Positions 47,811-60,398 of a stretch of 64,000 bases of DNA are shown in pieces. Made by a program: the position numbers and the translations under genes. Within the stretch, counting starts at the first letter, position 1; every line of letters starts with the position of its first letter. Source of the DNA: Entomortierella parvispora E1425 (Eukaryota > Fungi > Mortierellomycota); NCBI GenBank assembly GCA_020891255.1, contig BQFW01000014.1, positions 868,001 through 932,000 on the forward strand, written 5' to 3'. The notes beneath the pieces were generated by a model, which searched no databases, was not told where the DNA came from, and worked only from the letters and a program-made list of their open reading frames with translations.

Positions 47811-48606
47811 CCAGATACGATCCAAGCCTGTGATCCTGGCCGACGACTACTGGATGGTAAAAGTTTGTTGCAGTCCTGATCTACGCGATCTATAGTAAAG
47901 ATACCATCAGAATCAAATACTGAAGATGGTGTGTGCTCGGAGATATGTTTTCTAGCAAGTCCTACCTGCTGCGTTATATCCGTAAAGAAACCAAATTGGA
48001 TCACAGACTGTTCAATAAGGAGATATTCTCTAGCAGTGCGACTTGCCCATGTCTTCCTGGCTGTAATGAGTGAGGTGTATAGGTTGGACTGGACAAAAAA
48101 AAGGCGGCGGGATCAGTATGAATGACCAGTAGAAGCATAACAGCTAAATTACTACAAGCAAAATTGCCGAGATGTCGATTGAGATGAACGTACATTGTCT
48201 TTTGTAGTACAATTACAAAAAATGCTGGGAGGAGTCGGGGATGAAGGGTAGTAATTCCTGCTTTGAGAGAAAAGGAGGACAAAGAGAGTGAGGAATGTGG
48301 GGCGATGAAGGTAATAAAGATGATGGCAGTGGAGGAGAAGGTCCTTCTTTCGGCTTGTTCGTCCATCGCGGTCTTCGCAGCCGCGAGAGGTGCCTGTGTG
48401 GCTTGGCTCTGTTTTGAGATGGGATGGCCTACCCCTTAAACGCCACCAATTGCATCATTTTCAGGGTTGTTTCTCGCTGTATTGTTGGAAAAAAGGTCAT
48501 CGTGCGATGATGGGCATATTAGGGTAGGTTTTATGATTATGATTAGACTACAAGAGAATAGGTGTTCTACAAAGCAATACAAGAGGAGATGGATTTCTCA
48601 CACTTC

Positions 48607-51600
48607 TCAAAAGTCAAGAAGCGGCTTCTGTCGCCGGGGTGAGCGAGCTGAACGTGGTCCCGAAGTATTATTGCTGGAGGCATTGGTCAAAAGGCCCGGC
48701 CGGATCACGTCCTGGCTCGTGTTCAGGTTGCCAAGATCTACCAACGGTTTGGCACGACTTCGACCATGGCCTTGCTGTTGCTGATGATGTTGCTGTCCCT
48801 GATCAGGCTGTCGGCCTCGAGACTGTTGCAATTGTGGGTTGCCCATGCTGCGTGGCTGTGCACTGCTGCCGTATCCACCATTGTATCCATTCGTCATCGC
48901 AGAGGACGAGGGCGACACGGACTTCTTGGATGACTTGGCCCTGTCCAGGAGCAAGCCAGGCTGAATCATTGCATCTTGATCCGCAAAGTGCAAAAGGGGA
49001 CCTTGAGGCATTGGTGGCGTATAGGACTGGCTTGGGAAGCCTGTTAAACCCGGGGAGTGTGGCGAAGTAGACCGTCCCTGGTACGGCACTCGATCTTCTG
49101 AAGGTCCACGACTCTTGGATCTCGAGCGCGAATAGCCACTGGTGTTTGCCCCGTTATTTGGGCGAAGCAGGCCTGTGCCTGCGCTTTTAGACCGCTCTAG
49201 TTGTCTAGCCTCTCCTTGCTCAATCAGCGTACCTGGTCCTCCAAAGAGCTGGGGCTGAGATTGTTGGTGGTGGAGTGAGTGTGAGGGTGTGGACGATGCA
49301 GCTGATGTCAACGAGGCGGAGGACCCAGCAGAGGAGATACCACGGCCATGACCTCCTTGGTGGGTGTACGATGACCCTTGCCTGTTGTTGTCGGCATGCT
49401 GGCCACGCACAGCGCCAACGATGCCAGCCTGCTCTCGCAGCTTGAGTTGGTACTTCATGTTTTCAATCTCTTGCTTCTCGGCGTCGGCGCGTTGTTGGAG
49501 AAGACTACCTGCCATGAAAGGCGTCTTGTGGCTACTGGCCATAGTTGCCATATCGTTAGCTGGACTGAGCAAAGGTGCCTTAGTGGTAGAGGTAGAGGCG
49601 GAGGTGGAGTGGGAGGTGAGGGCAGAGGTGGTGGTGGAGGAATCTGAATGCGTTTGAGTGTGAGGAAGATGAGATGCTGAATGTGGCTCCAAGCTTATAG
49701 TCGAGGTCGGAAGAGCATCAGAGTAGGTGAAGGTCGCGTTCTCCGTGTCCTGGGACTTGCTGACGAGTGGTTCTGTGGTCGCGGAGACTGCTGAATGAGC
49801 TCCCTGCGTGTGAGGTGCGGATTTGGAATCGGTCGTTGGGAGCTAATGAGGAGAGGAGAGGAGAGGAGAGGAGAGGGACAGACGGACAGAGAGAGAGAGA
49901 GAGAGAAAGAAAGAGAGATAGAGAGAGAGAGAGAGATAGATAGATAGAAAGTGGAGATAGGCAGACAGAGAGAGACAGAGAGAGGAGGAAGGAGTGAGCA
50001 CAGGTAAAAAAGAATGCAAAAAAGAGGAGCGACGCATTGGGCGCTTGTGGGCTGGGCCAGGGCGAGGGAGAACAGTGCAAAGGAGACGCCCACAGTGTCA
50101 CAGAGGCACAAAGGGAAACATCCCCAAAACGAGGCCAGATCAGATCTTATGTGGGCTGGGCCGTAGGAAAAGGCAGAAGGCACGTCAACGACACTGTATG
50201 TGGTCTTGATCCCAACGTTACAGAGTGCAGCTTTGAGTAAGCAACTGCTTTTCATACCGGCTTCGACAATCATGTTACTGATGTCGAATTTTTCTTTCTT
50301 TCTGCTACCAGCCCAAGAACTGAACAATGGTCATACAACAAGGAACAGCAGCTCGTGTGATCGTGGTTGCTGTTCTTCCCGTCCTCCCAGAGCAGCAGGA
50401 TATTCCGGAGGATGAACGCGTAGTAGGAATAGAGTGGAACGAAACAAAACGAAACGAACGACCGTAGACATGCAACGACGCTCAACTGGAGATCAACCGG
50501 GAGCGATGCGATTGGCACGGAGACAGAGGTGGAAGAGGAAGACGGAGGAGAGGAAGGAAGAAGAGGAAGGAGGAGGAGGAGAGAGAGCAGGAATGCAAGG
50601 GAGATGTGCGATGGAAGTCCCGAGTCCTTTGTCCTGGTCTTCCTGGTTGTGGTTCTCGTTGTCTGAGGGTCGTCAAGGTCCAGGTGGTCGATGTGGTCTA
50701 TCTCATCTCTTTCGTCTTCGTTGTCTAACTCTCGGCATGTCATCAGCCAAGTTGCTTGTGAAAGATGCACCGTTGCGTAAAGGAAGGACCCTTTCGAGAT
50801 CCTTTTGTATCTTCAATCCGCCCTCCGTTGTTGCTTCGACAAGATAAAAACAAGGAGATCCAAATGGTGCAAAGATGCAAAAAGCAAAGCTGCTGTCTGT
50901 CTGTCTGTTATTTCGTCTTCTTTTGTTTTGGGAGGGTATCTCAAGGTGGCCAAGGATGTGGTAGAGTGAAGAGGGTATGAGGAAGGGAAAAAAAAGAGGG
51001 GGAAATACTAGCGGGGTCTATTGCTGTTCAACGCACCCCAGCCAGCCAGTTTTGCTTCGGCCATACTAACCTGTTCTTCAGTCAGGTTCCCTCTTGTAGT
51101 GGATGTGAGCAGTTCCGCGGCGTGCTTCTGTCCTTCGCGGATCATCTCGGGGTTGGCATGGTACATAAACATTCCCTGTTGAGCATGATCATTTAAGCCT
51201 TTTAGTTCACATTCCTGCAAGATGATGCATTATCCCTTCAACCAACAAGCCTTATTTACCTTGGCAGCGCGCAAACCCGCCAACCATTCGCGCAAAGATT
51301 CGCCAGACTCGAGGCAGACATAGTGGATGTAGTCGTCCTCCGGAGTTTCAAACAGATGAATCTTGTCCGACGACTTCAATGCGAAACCAAACTTAGTTGG
51401 TGCCTTCTTGCGAGGGACTTGGACCGCATACACATCAAAGTTCTTGAGCAAGCAAAGCATGCGCTCTCCAGAGCCCTAAGGAGGCGCAAAAAAAAAAAAA
51501 AAAAAAAAGGTTAATGGCCATGCACAGCATTCCGGTGGAGGTTTCATGCAATTGTTTGTCAGTGCGTTGTACCTTGCTATCCTTTGCGTGGTAGACAGCA

Positions 51601-54600
51601 GTGTCAGTGGCGTGCAGGTATCGCTTTTCCCATTTGCTTTTCTTTGTCTCCAAATACACCATTCCTTGAGGTCGAACAAAGCTTGCTTGGCCTGCCGGTC
51701 CCACCAAACGCGCCACCTCCTTGGCCGAAAGCTCATCGCGCGCAGGAAAACTCTTGCAAATCATTTTGTTGTCCTTGTCCGCCTCCCACGTCTTGATCAC
51801 GTCCAAAATCACTTCAAAGTCACGCAAGGGACGCTCAATCAAAAATTCTTTGGAGTATTCAAAAATAGTCCATCGGTCGTGGTAGCGTCCATCGCCAGGT
51901 TCTCCAAAACATCCTCGCTGCTGCAACATTTGTAAGGCGTCAAGGGCGGTGGTGTCGGACGCCAGATTCAACGACCTGAAGTCCGTCTCTGTTTGGATAT
52001 ATATGCGAGTCGCCACTAATCGTTGAGTGGGAGGTGCCGCCGCTCCTGCAGTCGGTGAGAGAGGTCCTTGGGAGCCATTGAATTGGTTGTGAGAGCTGCC
52101 TGGTGTAGCAGGGGGGGATGTTGAGCTCACCGCCGCAGCCAATATCTGTTGCTGTTGCTGAAGATGTTGCATCTGAGCTTGCTGGAGCTGTTGGTGGCGT
52201 TGCTGCATCTGTAAATCACTCGAACTGAGGGCTCCATCGTCCTTCATCATTGCAAGCGCAATTCCCCTGGATGGTCCACTGGAAGGGGATGTAAAGGGTG
52301 AGGCGCCAGGAGAAGACAAGGGAACCGATGGCTGAGGAGTGAGTAGCACTGCAGGAGAGATTGGAGTGCTGCCCATACCCATGCCGCGGACCATATTCTC
52401 ATGGTGGATGGTGCTCTTGCTCACCTTCAGTGATGAGCCGAAGGGTACAGGGTGGTCGCCTACTCCATTAGATCCAGTCACTCCCAATTTAAAAGACTTG
52501 CTCCTCTGATGCAACATGCCTTCCTGAAAGCCATTAGCCTGGAAGTTCGGGTTTGATGGTTTCCTAGGAAGCGATTTGTCGCGAGCAGAGCTTGTGCTCC
52601 GGCTTGGGATCAGGGCAGGGTTGTATTCGCTGTAAGTAGGCTGTTCAGGGACAGGGTGGGACTATTCGTGATTTACAAGTGGAGTGGTTAGTCGTTGATT
52701 TCTCTTTAGCTAATATCAATATCTGAGAGTGGAAAGCATACCGTGTCATAGGTAGGGCGAGTTGAAGGCGCATCCCTTGATTTACTACGAGAGCGAGCCC
52801 ATGAAAAAAAACCTCCTTTAGAAGAATTTTCGTCAGATGTTTGAGAGCGTCCTCGTTCTTGGGCTCCAACGATCTCATGGGTTGGCTCTCGCGAACGTCC
52901 TCCTTGTCCAGCATTGGATTGTTGTCTTTCCCTATTAGGTCTGCGTTCTGATGCATGTCTGCTAATGGAGGGAAGGTCTCGCGCCATGTGATCCTGCGAC
53001 TGTTGACGGTACATTGCCGCAGGGTCCACTGATTTCTGCTTGCGGAGAACTGGTCGCGCCCCAAATTCCACATCGTCAGACGTAGGAGACCTCTGTGGAC
53101 GCCTTTCGCTTGAGGATGGGATAGGTTCGGCTGGTAGGAGAGAGGGAGCGAGCGTGTGGCCGACTGACTCGTTCATTTCATCCATAGGCTGCAAGACGTT
53201 GCTAGAGCTCTTCTTGCGTATGTGACCGGGGCTGGCAGGTGGAGCTTCCGCTGCGTTTGATTCCCGAGGCTCCTCTGGTACAGATGATCTTGGATGTTGT
53301 TCCTGAATTGGCGATTGACCTTCATATCCCTCAGAAATGGCAGGTGTTGCATGGGTATGAGCATGTTCTGCTACAGTTTCCGGCCTGTTCAGAGTGTTGG
53401 AGCGGCTCAAGGACCTTGACGCAGACCTGGCTCTTGAGGGAATGACCGGTGGCGCTCCTCCACCAAACAAAGGGCTTGGAGGTGCAGAGTCAATTGGCGT
53501 CGATTGAGACCCTGCTGCTGCAGTGCTCCTTACGCTTCTACTGTTGGATCTTGCAGGAATGCGAGGCGAGGCGGGAGCCAATTGGCCATTGGCGGTGCTG
53601 AGCGACGGTGAGGATGGATAGGGTCTAAGGAAATTTCGAGGCGCCGCCAGTGGACTAAGAGGGGCTGAGGCCTCCTGCGAGGGCGAATTCAGTCCATCTT
53701 GAGCGTTGCTTTCGCCAGAGATCTGTGAGAGTCGACTAGAGTTGTGGGAGATGGATCGCGATCGTTGTGCAGATTTTGGTGGCAATGGAACAGCTGGTGT
53801 GATACTCCTCCGGCTTTCCGATCGCACAAGGTTAGTGCTGGTGTCGCCCAGTGCGGCACTGTCCAGAGAGGTGTGCGTGTGTGGGTTTGGCCCGTTGCTG
53901 TGGAGTTGAGAATTGTCGACTGGCGGATTTGCAACGGGGTGAGGCTCCTGGCTGTTTCGGTCTGCCTGTTCAGTCTGCTGATTTTGTTCCTGAATCAAAG
54001 GCTCACTTTGATCCTGATCCTGACCATGAGTCTGGGCCTGGTCCTTTTCATGTACTAGATCGCGCTGCCCTGCTGCTGTGGTTACAGACCGCTTGAGAAC
54101 TGGCGAGGAGGGAGAGGGCACTGCTGGGACATTGGCGACAGACAGATTATGGACATCCTCATCTGAAGCCAGGGACAGCTCTGGTCTAGGTTCTGTTGCA
54201 GCTCTTCTTAAACGGGTTCGTCGAGGCTCACCATCGGCTCCTGCGACGCGCGGGGTCGTTGGTCGCGATCCAACGCGGTTTGCTTGCTACAATGACCGAA
54301 TAAAAGGAGTTGTCGGTACACACAAAGGAGAGACGGAAGAGACGGATTAGGTGAGTCAAATGAACGGTGAAAAGCTTCCATCGTTAAACTCGTCTATCTA
54401 GTCAAATAACACCGCGTGCAGGGTTCCTTGTTTTTTTTCTCGTTTTTTCTTCGTTGTTGATCCTGAAGTCCAGATATTGTTTCCTCTGTGCAGTCTGTCT
54501 AGCGCTGGTTCTAAAATTAAACAACCCTTATTGCGCCGCGAGCGGCTCTAGTTCTAGTTACCCTGTTGGCGAGGTCTGATTTCATGGCGGCGAGTTCGCC

Positions 54601-54651
54601 CATCATCTGCTCAAAATCCAGATCTGCATTCTGGCTCGTCTCGCGTGACAT
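48607..54651 (-). CDS. Ras-association (RA) plus PH domain adaptor with long disordered flanks (multi-exon)
   Basis: Start MSRETSQNADLDFEQMMGEL; RA-like segment ATRIYIQ...ERPLRDFEVILDVIKTW; PH segment QGMVYLETKKSKWEKRYL...REWLAGLRAAK; GT-AG junctions. Confidence 0.75.
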
Positions 54652-55863
54652 GGCGGATGGGAATGAAAATGATAAGCTCGGGTCGTGAAGGGATCCAGGG
54701 ACGAGGAAACAGTTCAAGGGCGGTCACCGAGAATAGAGTGTAAATAAAAACGAGTAGGCGAGAAACGAAAGTCGGGATCGGAACGTGGGGGGTGCAAGGT
54801 TCCAGGCACAGTCGAAATGTGCGGATGAAGACAGAAAAGAGAAAAGGCTGCAAACGGGATGCAGGGTCGGTAGATGGACCAAAGAACACAGGGATGGAAA
54901 GATGGAAGAGAGGAGGAGAGGAAGGGAAGGAAGGAAGGGAAGAGAACGAAAGAAGGAAAGGGCCCAAAACAACGCCCTCTGTGGGCAACGGACCTGACTC
55001 TTTGTCTTGCGACCACAGATTTGCACAACGTCGGTGTTCTCTGTTCTATTTCTTCTTCTTTCATGAGAGCACATATTAATTTCTCGCTCCACTCTTCCTC
55101 TCGTCTTTGGCTCTGGGGTCCCCGCTTTGCGAGCCCTCCTCCTCTCTTCTTGTCTCCTCTGTCCTCTGTGCTCGCATTAACTCTATGCTTCCCCCCGACT
55201 CAAGGTCGAACTGCGAGTGATAAGTCGTTTGCGAAAACTCAGCCTTGGATTAGGCGCTCAGCTCTGCGCACCTGCCATGGGTACATCTCATTCTGCTCCT
55301 TTACCATTGAAGCGAGAACAGGAAGGAAACGATTTTCTCTCTTCGTCCTGGATCTTTGGCAATAGATCGTCCAACCGAGTCCCTTGTTCACAAAGAATAT
55401 CGGTGAATCTGGAACCCGTTGCAGAACAGGAACATTTGAGAGCAAGAATATCACTAGCTGGCGTAAAGCGAGGTGCCCCCGATCATCTTGGTCTCATCAA
55501 TGGGCTCTCTCTCAGTGCCTCCAGCCGCAATTCTCAATGGGAGTGGTGAAGGACCTTATTGCATGGATGCTAGAAAGCCCACTTGTCCACAACTCTAACA
55601 GACAAACGTATTCCTAGGGTGATGCAGGAACAAGAATAACTTGACATCAAAAAAAAAAAAAAAAAAAAAAATGGAAGTTTTGGCGTACATTTCCCACAGC
55701 CTGCAGCGTGGCATGGAATTTGCTCCGCCCTTTTCATTGTGGCGATTGCTGGCGGCTGTGCGGTGTCATTCATTCAGCAGTGCGTTCCCTCTCGAATATA
55801 TTCGAAGTATCATTCAATGAGGAACTGCTCCTTTATTATAATTTCGTCCGACCTTATTAGCTT

Positions 55864-57829
55864 TTACAGCTCCACATCACTTTCAGCTACAATATATGTC
55901 CAGGTGGCCATAACTGCAGCAGAGCGCTTGACTTGATCTGGCGTGAAAGCACCCATGGTATCGCCTTCAGTGTGGTGGTAATAGAAATAGCCCTCGTCAA
56001 CTGGACGCCTAGGCTGATCATGGTCACCATAATGGCGACGATCATGGCGACGATGATAGCCCTGGCGGCCAGGGTGGTTATGGTGGCTGTGATGCTTAGC
56101 CTTCTTGACATTGCTCTTGTCTGGTTTAGGGAGAGCGTAGGGAGAGGTAGAATATGGAAGCGGGAAGGGATCTGCCGGCGTGAAGTGAGCACACGCCACA
56201 CCACGATCACAGAGTGGCTGAATATCAGCACCATGTCCAATGGGAAGGACATGCTGACCGGCACCAGGGTACCCCAGATCCTTGCGGGAACCCATGAAGT
56301 GCTTCCCTGCTGCAGTCATAAAGTCAAAGGAGTGTACCCGAACAGTATCTCCACTGCGGCCAGGGGTGAACCGGATGCCATACGGATCAAACACTCCAAT
56401 ATCCGACTCGAATGCAAACACATGCCGGCTGACATTGGTTTCTGGATGGTTCTTCGCATATACCACACCCCCTGCAGAAGTTTTGACTTCTTCTGAGGTC
56501 CAGAAAACGGCACGTACTGTGCGTCGAGGGGACCTCTCCAGTCTGCTCAGTTGGCGGATGGTTTCCCAGGCAATGAAACATCCAATGCCGTCATCTACTG
56601 CACCACTGCCAACATCCCAGCTATCGCTGTGGCCTCCAATAACCACGACCTCCTCCGGTTTCTCTCGGCCCTTCAGCTCAATTATGATGTTTCTGGAAAT
56701 TTTGGCATCCAGCTCCATGGTCGCTCCCATCACCAGCCTCACCTTGGGCCAATCTGGGAATTTTTCTGGGTCCTGCTGATGGCGTTTAAGGGAACGCTCT
56801 AGCAAATCGCCATCTTCAGCAGAGATGGAGGCTCCTGGGATTTCGGCATCATCCATGCCTCCTGTATGTGGCGATTGCAACGAAAATGGACCAAGAGACC
56901 GCATCAGTGCTGCGACAGCACCGTACCTCTGAGACCACAAAGCACCCCAAACGCGGATAGCACTCTCATTATCGTAGGATTCGAATGGCTTGTTCCACAG
57001 CACAATGCGACCCTTGATGTCCCCTGCTTCGCCAAGTCGCTCGAGCTCTTCCATTGAGTGGACTACGATAACTTCAGCTTCAATGCCCTTGACAGCGTCT
57101 GGGGTTGCAACACTACCACCTAGTCCAAGCATGTGCAACTTGACCGGTCCACGTGTTGGAGAGAGAAAGTGGAGAGACTCATGATTACGTTGCCAGTAGT
57201 CCACGACAACGTCCTCTGTTGTGAAGTTCAGGTTGTCATCCTTGAGTCTTTCAAGGACCCAGTCAATGGACTAGTGACAATGACAAGTCGGCTATGGGTT
57301 ATCATGCTTTGCTCAAAGGAACACATGATACTGCATCAATTACCTTCTCAAGCGCCTCGGATCCAACGATACGGGGCCCGTAAGTATCTGTCATTTCTGC
57401 GAGACGGTCCCACACAATTCTTCGGTGAATGAAAAATTGTAACGTTGTTAGTTTCAGGATTTCCTAAATTAACGTTTTTTTTTTTTTTTTTTTTTTTTTT
57501 GCGTGGATGGTTACAACTTACGATGACTCCAGACTTCCAGCCACAAGCTTATCGACATCAGCCTGCATATGTTTCTCAAAGTGGTATTTGTGAATCTTGG
57601 ACTTGAGGCTCCTGTGGTTGAACTCTAGTGTGTTGCTACTATCGTCATCATCCACGAATGGGATCGAAAAGAAGTAGTAGAGAGCCAACGAGAAGAGGCA
57701 CAAGTGGAAGAACCCTCTTTGGCGTCTTGATCGGACACTGGTGGTCGTATGGGCCACAGGGAGGATATTCTGCGCGTCTGTGGTATGGGCCACGGTCGGT
57801 GGTCTCTCCGGAGTTCGTTTTTCGTTCAT
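55864..57829 (-). CDS. Carboxypeptidase Q / plasma glutamate carboxypeptidase-like M28 metallopeptidase with PA domain and N-terminal TM anchor
   Basis: GGHSDSWDVGSGAVDDG, WTSEE, ESD and HHTEGDT zinc/catalytic motifs; YGPR and LGLGGSVATP motifs; ATG at 57829. Confidence 0.88.
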
Positions 57830-57871
57830 GGCGAAGGTTGAATGGCTGAAAGGTGCGAATGCACCCTGGAG

Positions 57872-57902
<31 letters not shown>

Positions 57903-58032
57903 TCCGTCACGTGCGCCAACGGTCTTTTTTGTCCGCGCGTCCTTGAAGAGAACGAGGCATGCTCGTTCACCCCTTTCATTCTTCGACAAAAAACAGACAA
58001 AGAGACATCAATCGCATCGCTTTTCATCGACA

Positions 58033-59178
58033 ATGGTCATCACACAATCAGAACTCATGACGAAGGCGCAGGCGCTCATGAAGCAAAAGGATGATTTGGA
58101 AGCAGAGATTAAAACACTGCAGGACAATCTCAAAGCTGTACGCCACTTGTGGACATATCCTCCGTGAATTTATTGTGCAGGAGAGATTTCATTCTGAATT
58201 TACCGTTACCCTATGTATTTCTGTAGCAAAAAGTGGGAATGTCAGAGAGACTAGTAGATAGCAGTGGATTTCCTCGGTCCGATATCGATCTAGTTGTTGT
58301 CACAACGGCACGGTCCGGTATCATCAGTAAGTGGAAACTATCTTCGACATTCACGGAGCAAACTATGGGCCAGATTTGACCAAATGATACCCAACTGTTG
58401 AATTCTAGAACTCCAAAATGACTTGAAATCCGTCATGTTGCAAATCGAGGAGGCGCTACATGCAGTTCACGCAGAGGCTATTGCAGAGAAACAACGGAAA
58501 GAGCAAGAAAAGAAGTTGCAGGCACAATCAAGCCCCGAGTCTGCATCTACTTCAGCATCAGCTTCCACCACAACCGGTGCCAGCGGCTCTGAGGCACTTG
58601 AAGTTTTGAAACCATTTGCAAAGGTCAACATGGTTGCCCCTGACTCTCCTGCACGGGAAGCTGTAAGCTAGCAAGATGTTGGAATTGCCCATGTAGGATT
58701 GCATCCTTTTTCTCTAACTCTTTTTTTTTTTTTCATCGTACCGCATGCTTCACTCCGCAGGGACTCCTCCAACATGATCGCATTGTCTCATTCGGTACTG
58801 TAACGGAAAGGACGCCAGACACTTTTGCGGCACTAAGCAAGCATGTCATGGAACGCGAAAACGTAAGCAACTGTTTCAACGCGACTCCACTCCGTGGGAA
58901 ACATGAAGACGACCAATGCATTAACCCTCTATTATCGCAATTGGTTTTCACGATAGAAACCGATTCTGGTCAAACTTCTGAGGGGTGACTCGACAAACCT
59001 GGTGTCCGTCATTCTTGTTCCTAGTCAAGGCTGGGGCGGTCGCGGGCTTCTTGGGTAAGATAATGCTAACTGAAGGAAATGTCTCGCGACAGCAAGACCT
59101 CTATGGCCATTGAGTAACCATACGCGTCTTCCTCGATTCCTCCATGTCCCTTGTAGATGTCATATTGTGCCAGCATGA
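58033..59178 (+). CDS. NAS2: 26S proteasome assembly chaperone Nas2/p27 (PSMD9)
   Basis: N-terminal helical domain with LVDSSGFPRSDID; PDZ-like domain FAKVNMVAPDSPA; ends GWGGRGLLG|CHIVPA*. Confidence 0.92.
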
Positions 59179-59375
59179 AGAAAACACCACCAGGAAACGC
59201 GCTTCTTTCATTATTGTTCACGCGTTGACTTGCAATAAAAAGGCATTCGTGATATGTGACTGCCGTCCCATCCCTTGCACGAAACGTGGCAGCACATCAT
59301 CTCTTTTTTTTTTTTCTTTTCGGTCCTTCGCTCTTCATCTTCATCTACCTCCACTCTCTCCCATCACCATACAAC

Positions 59376-60292
59376 ATGTCAAACATTGAGGACGATGATT
59401 ACGAGTCTGTCCTTTTGGTCATTCGTGAATGCTATGGTATGCGTTCCTGCTCGCAATTGATGAGCCGACAGACAACCACTTATTGGGTGACACGGACACA
59501 GACTGACTTTTTGCTCTGGATTCTTCTATCTAGTCTACAAGGTTCCACCACTGACCTCGAGCCGTGGACACAAAGCAGCAGACTGGGGAAATGTAGACAA
59601 ACCTCTCTGGAGTGGGCGACTTCGGATCATTGCTGTGGGCAAAAAGTGCTTTATCCGACTTGAGGATGGCAAGACGGGTGAGCTCTTTGCCAGCTGCCCC
59701 TATGAAGAAAACAAGGGCTGTGTCGAGCCAGTGACAGACTCGAGTCGCTATTTCGTAGTCAGGATTGAGGACCAGGGCCGGCATGCCTTCTTGGGCTTGG
59801 GGTTCTTGGATCGGAGCCATGCTTTTGACTTTAACGTTGCGTTGCAGGATCACTTCAAGTACGAGTTTACCATGGAGAAGCATATGCAGTTGGAAAAGTC
59901 TCGTTATTAACAGCTTGTCGTGTTTTACCTCTTCTTTATATGGCAGGCATCTCGCTGCTGAACAAAAAGCAGCCGAACAAAAGAAACTAGGCACTCAGCA
60001 GCCCAAAATGGACTTTTCTCTGAAGGAGGGGCAAACCATCAACTTGACCATTGCAGGAGGAATTGGCTCTGGAGCAGGATCATCCCAACGTCGAACTCGT
60101 CCAGCAAGACCCGCTGTACCTGAGCAAGAAGGTGGTATGTGTTGGTCATTTTCACTATTGTCTTTATTTTGCGGACACACCCGCAATATATAACTGACAT
60201 TATTATCATATTATCATCATTATACCTTTTGATTCCTGATAGCTCTCCCACCGTTGCTTCCTCCTCCACCACCACCAGGCAAAAGAAAGTAG
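59376..60292 (+). CDS. NECAP (adaptin ear-binding coat-associated protein; PHear domain)
   Basis: [12 protein letters not shown]|[18 protein letters not shown]; [15 protein letters not shown]; AFLGLGF; [12 protein letters not shown]; [13 protein letters not shown]. Confidence 0.92.
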
Positions 60293-60398
60293 GTAATGCC
60301 ACACAGGACCAGTTTAATAAAGGCGATTGAACCTAGCCTTTTGTTGTGAACTATTGCAAGTGTGACTAGGGAAGGCATGGTTGGACAAATAGTTGATT

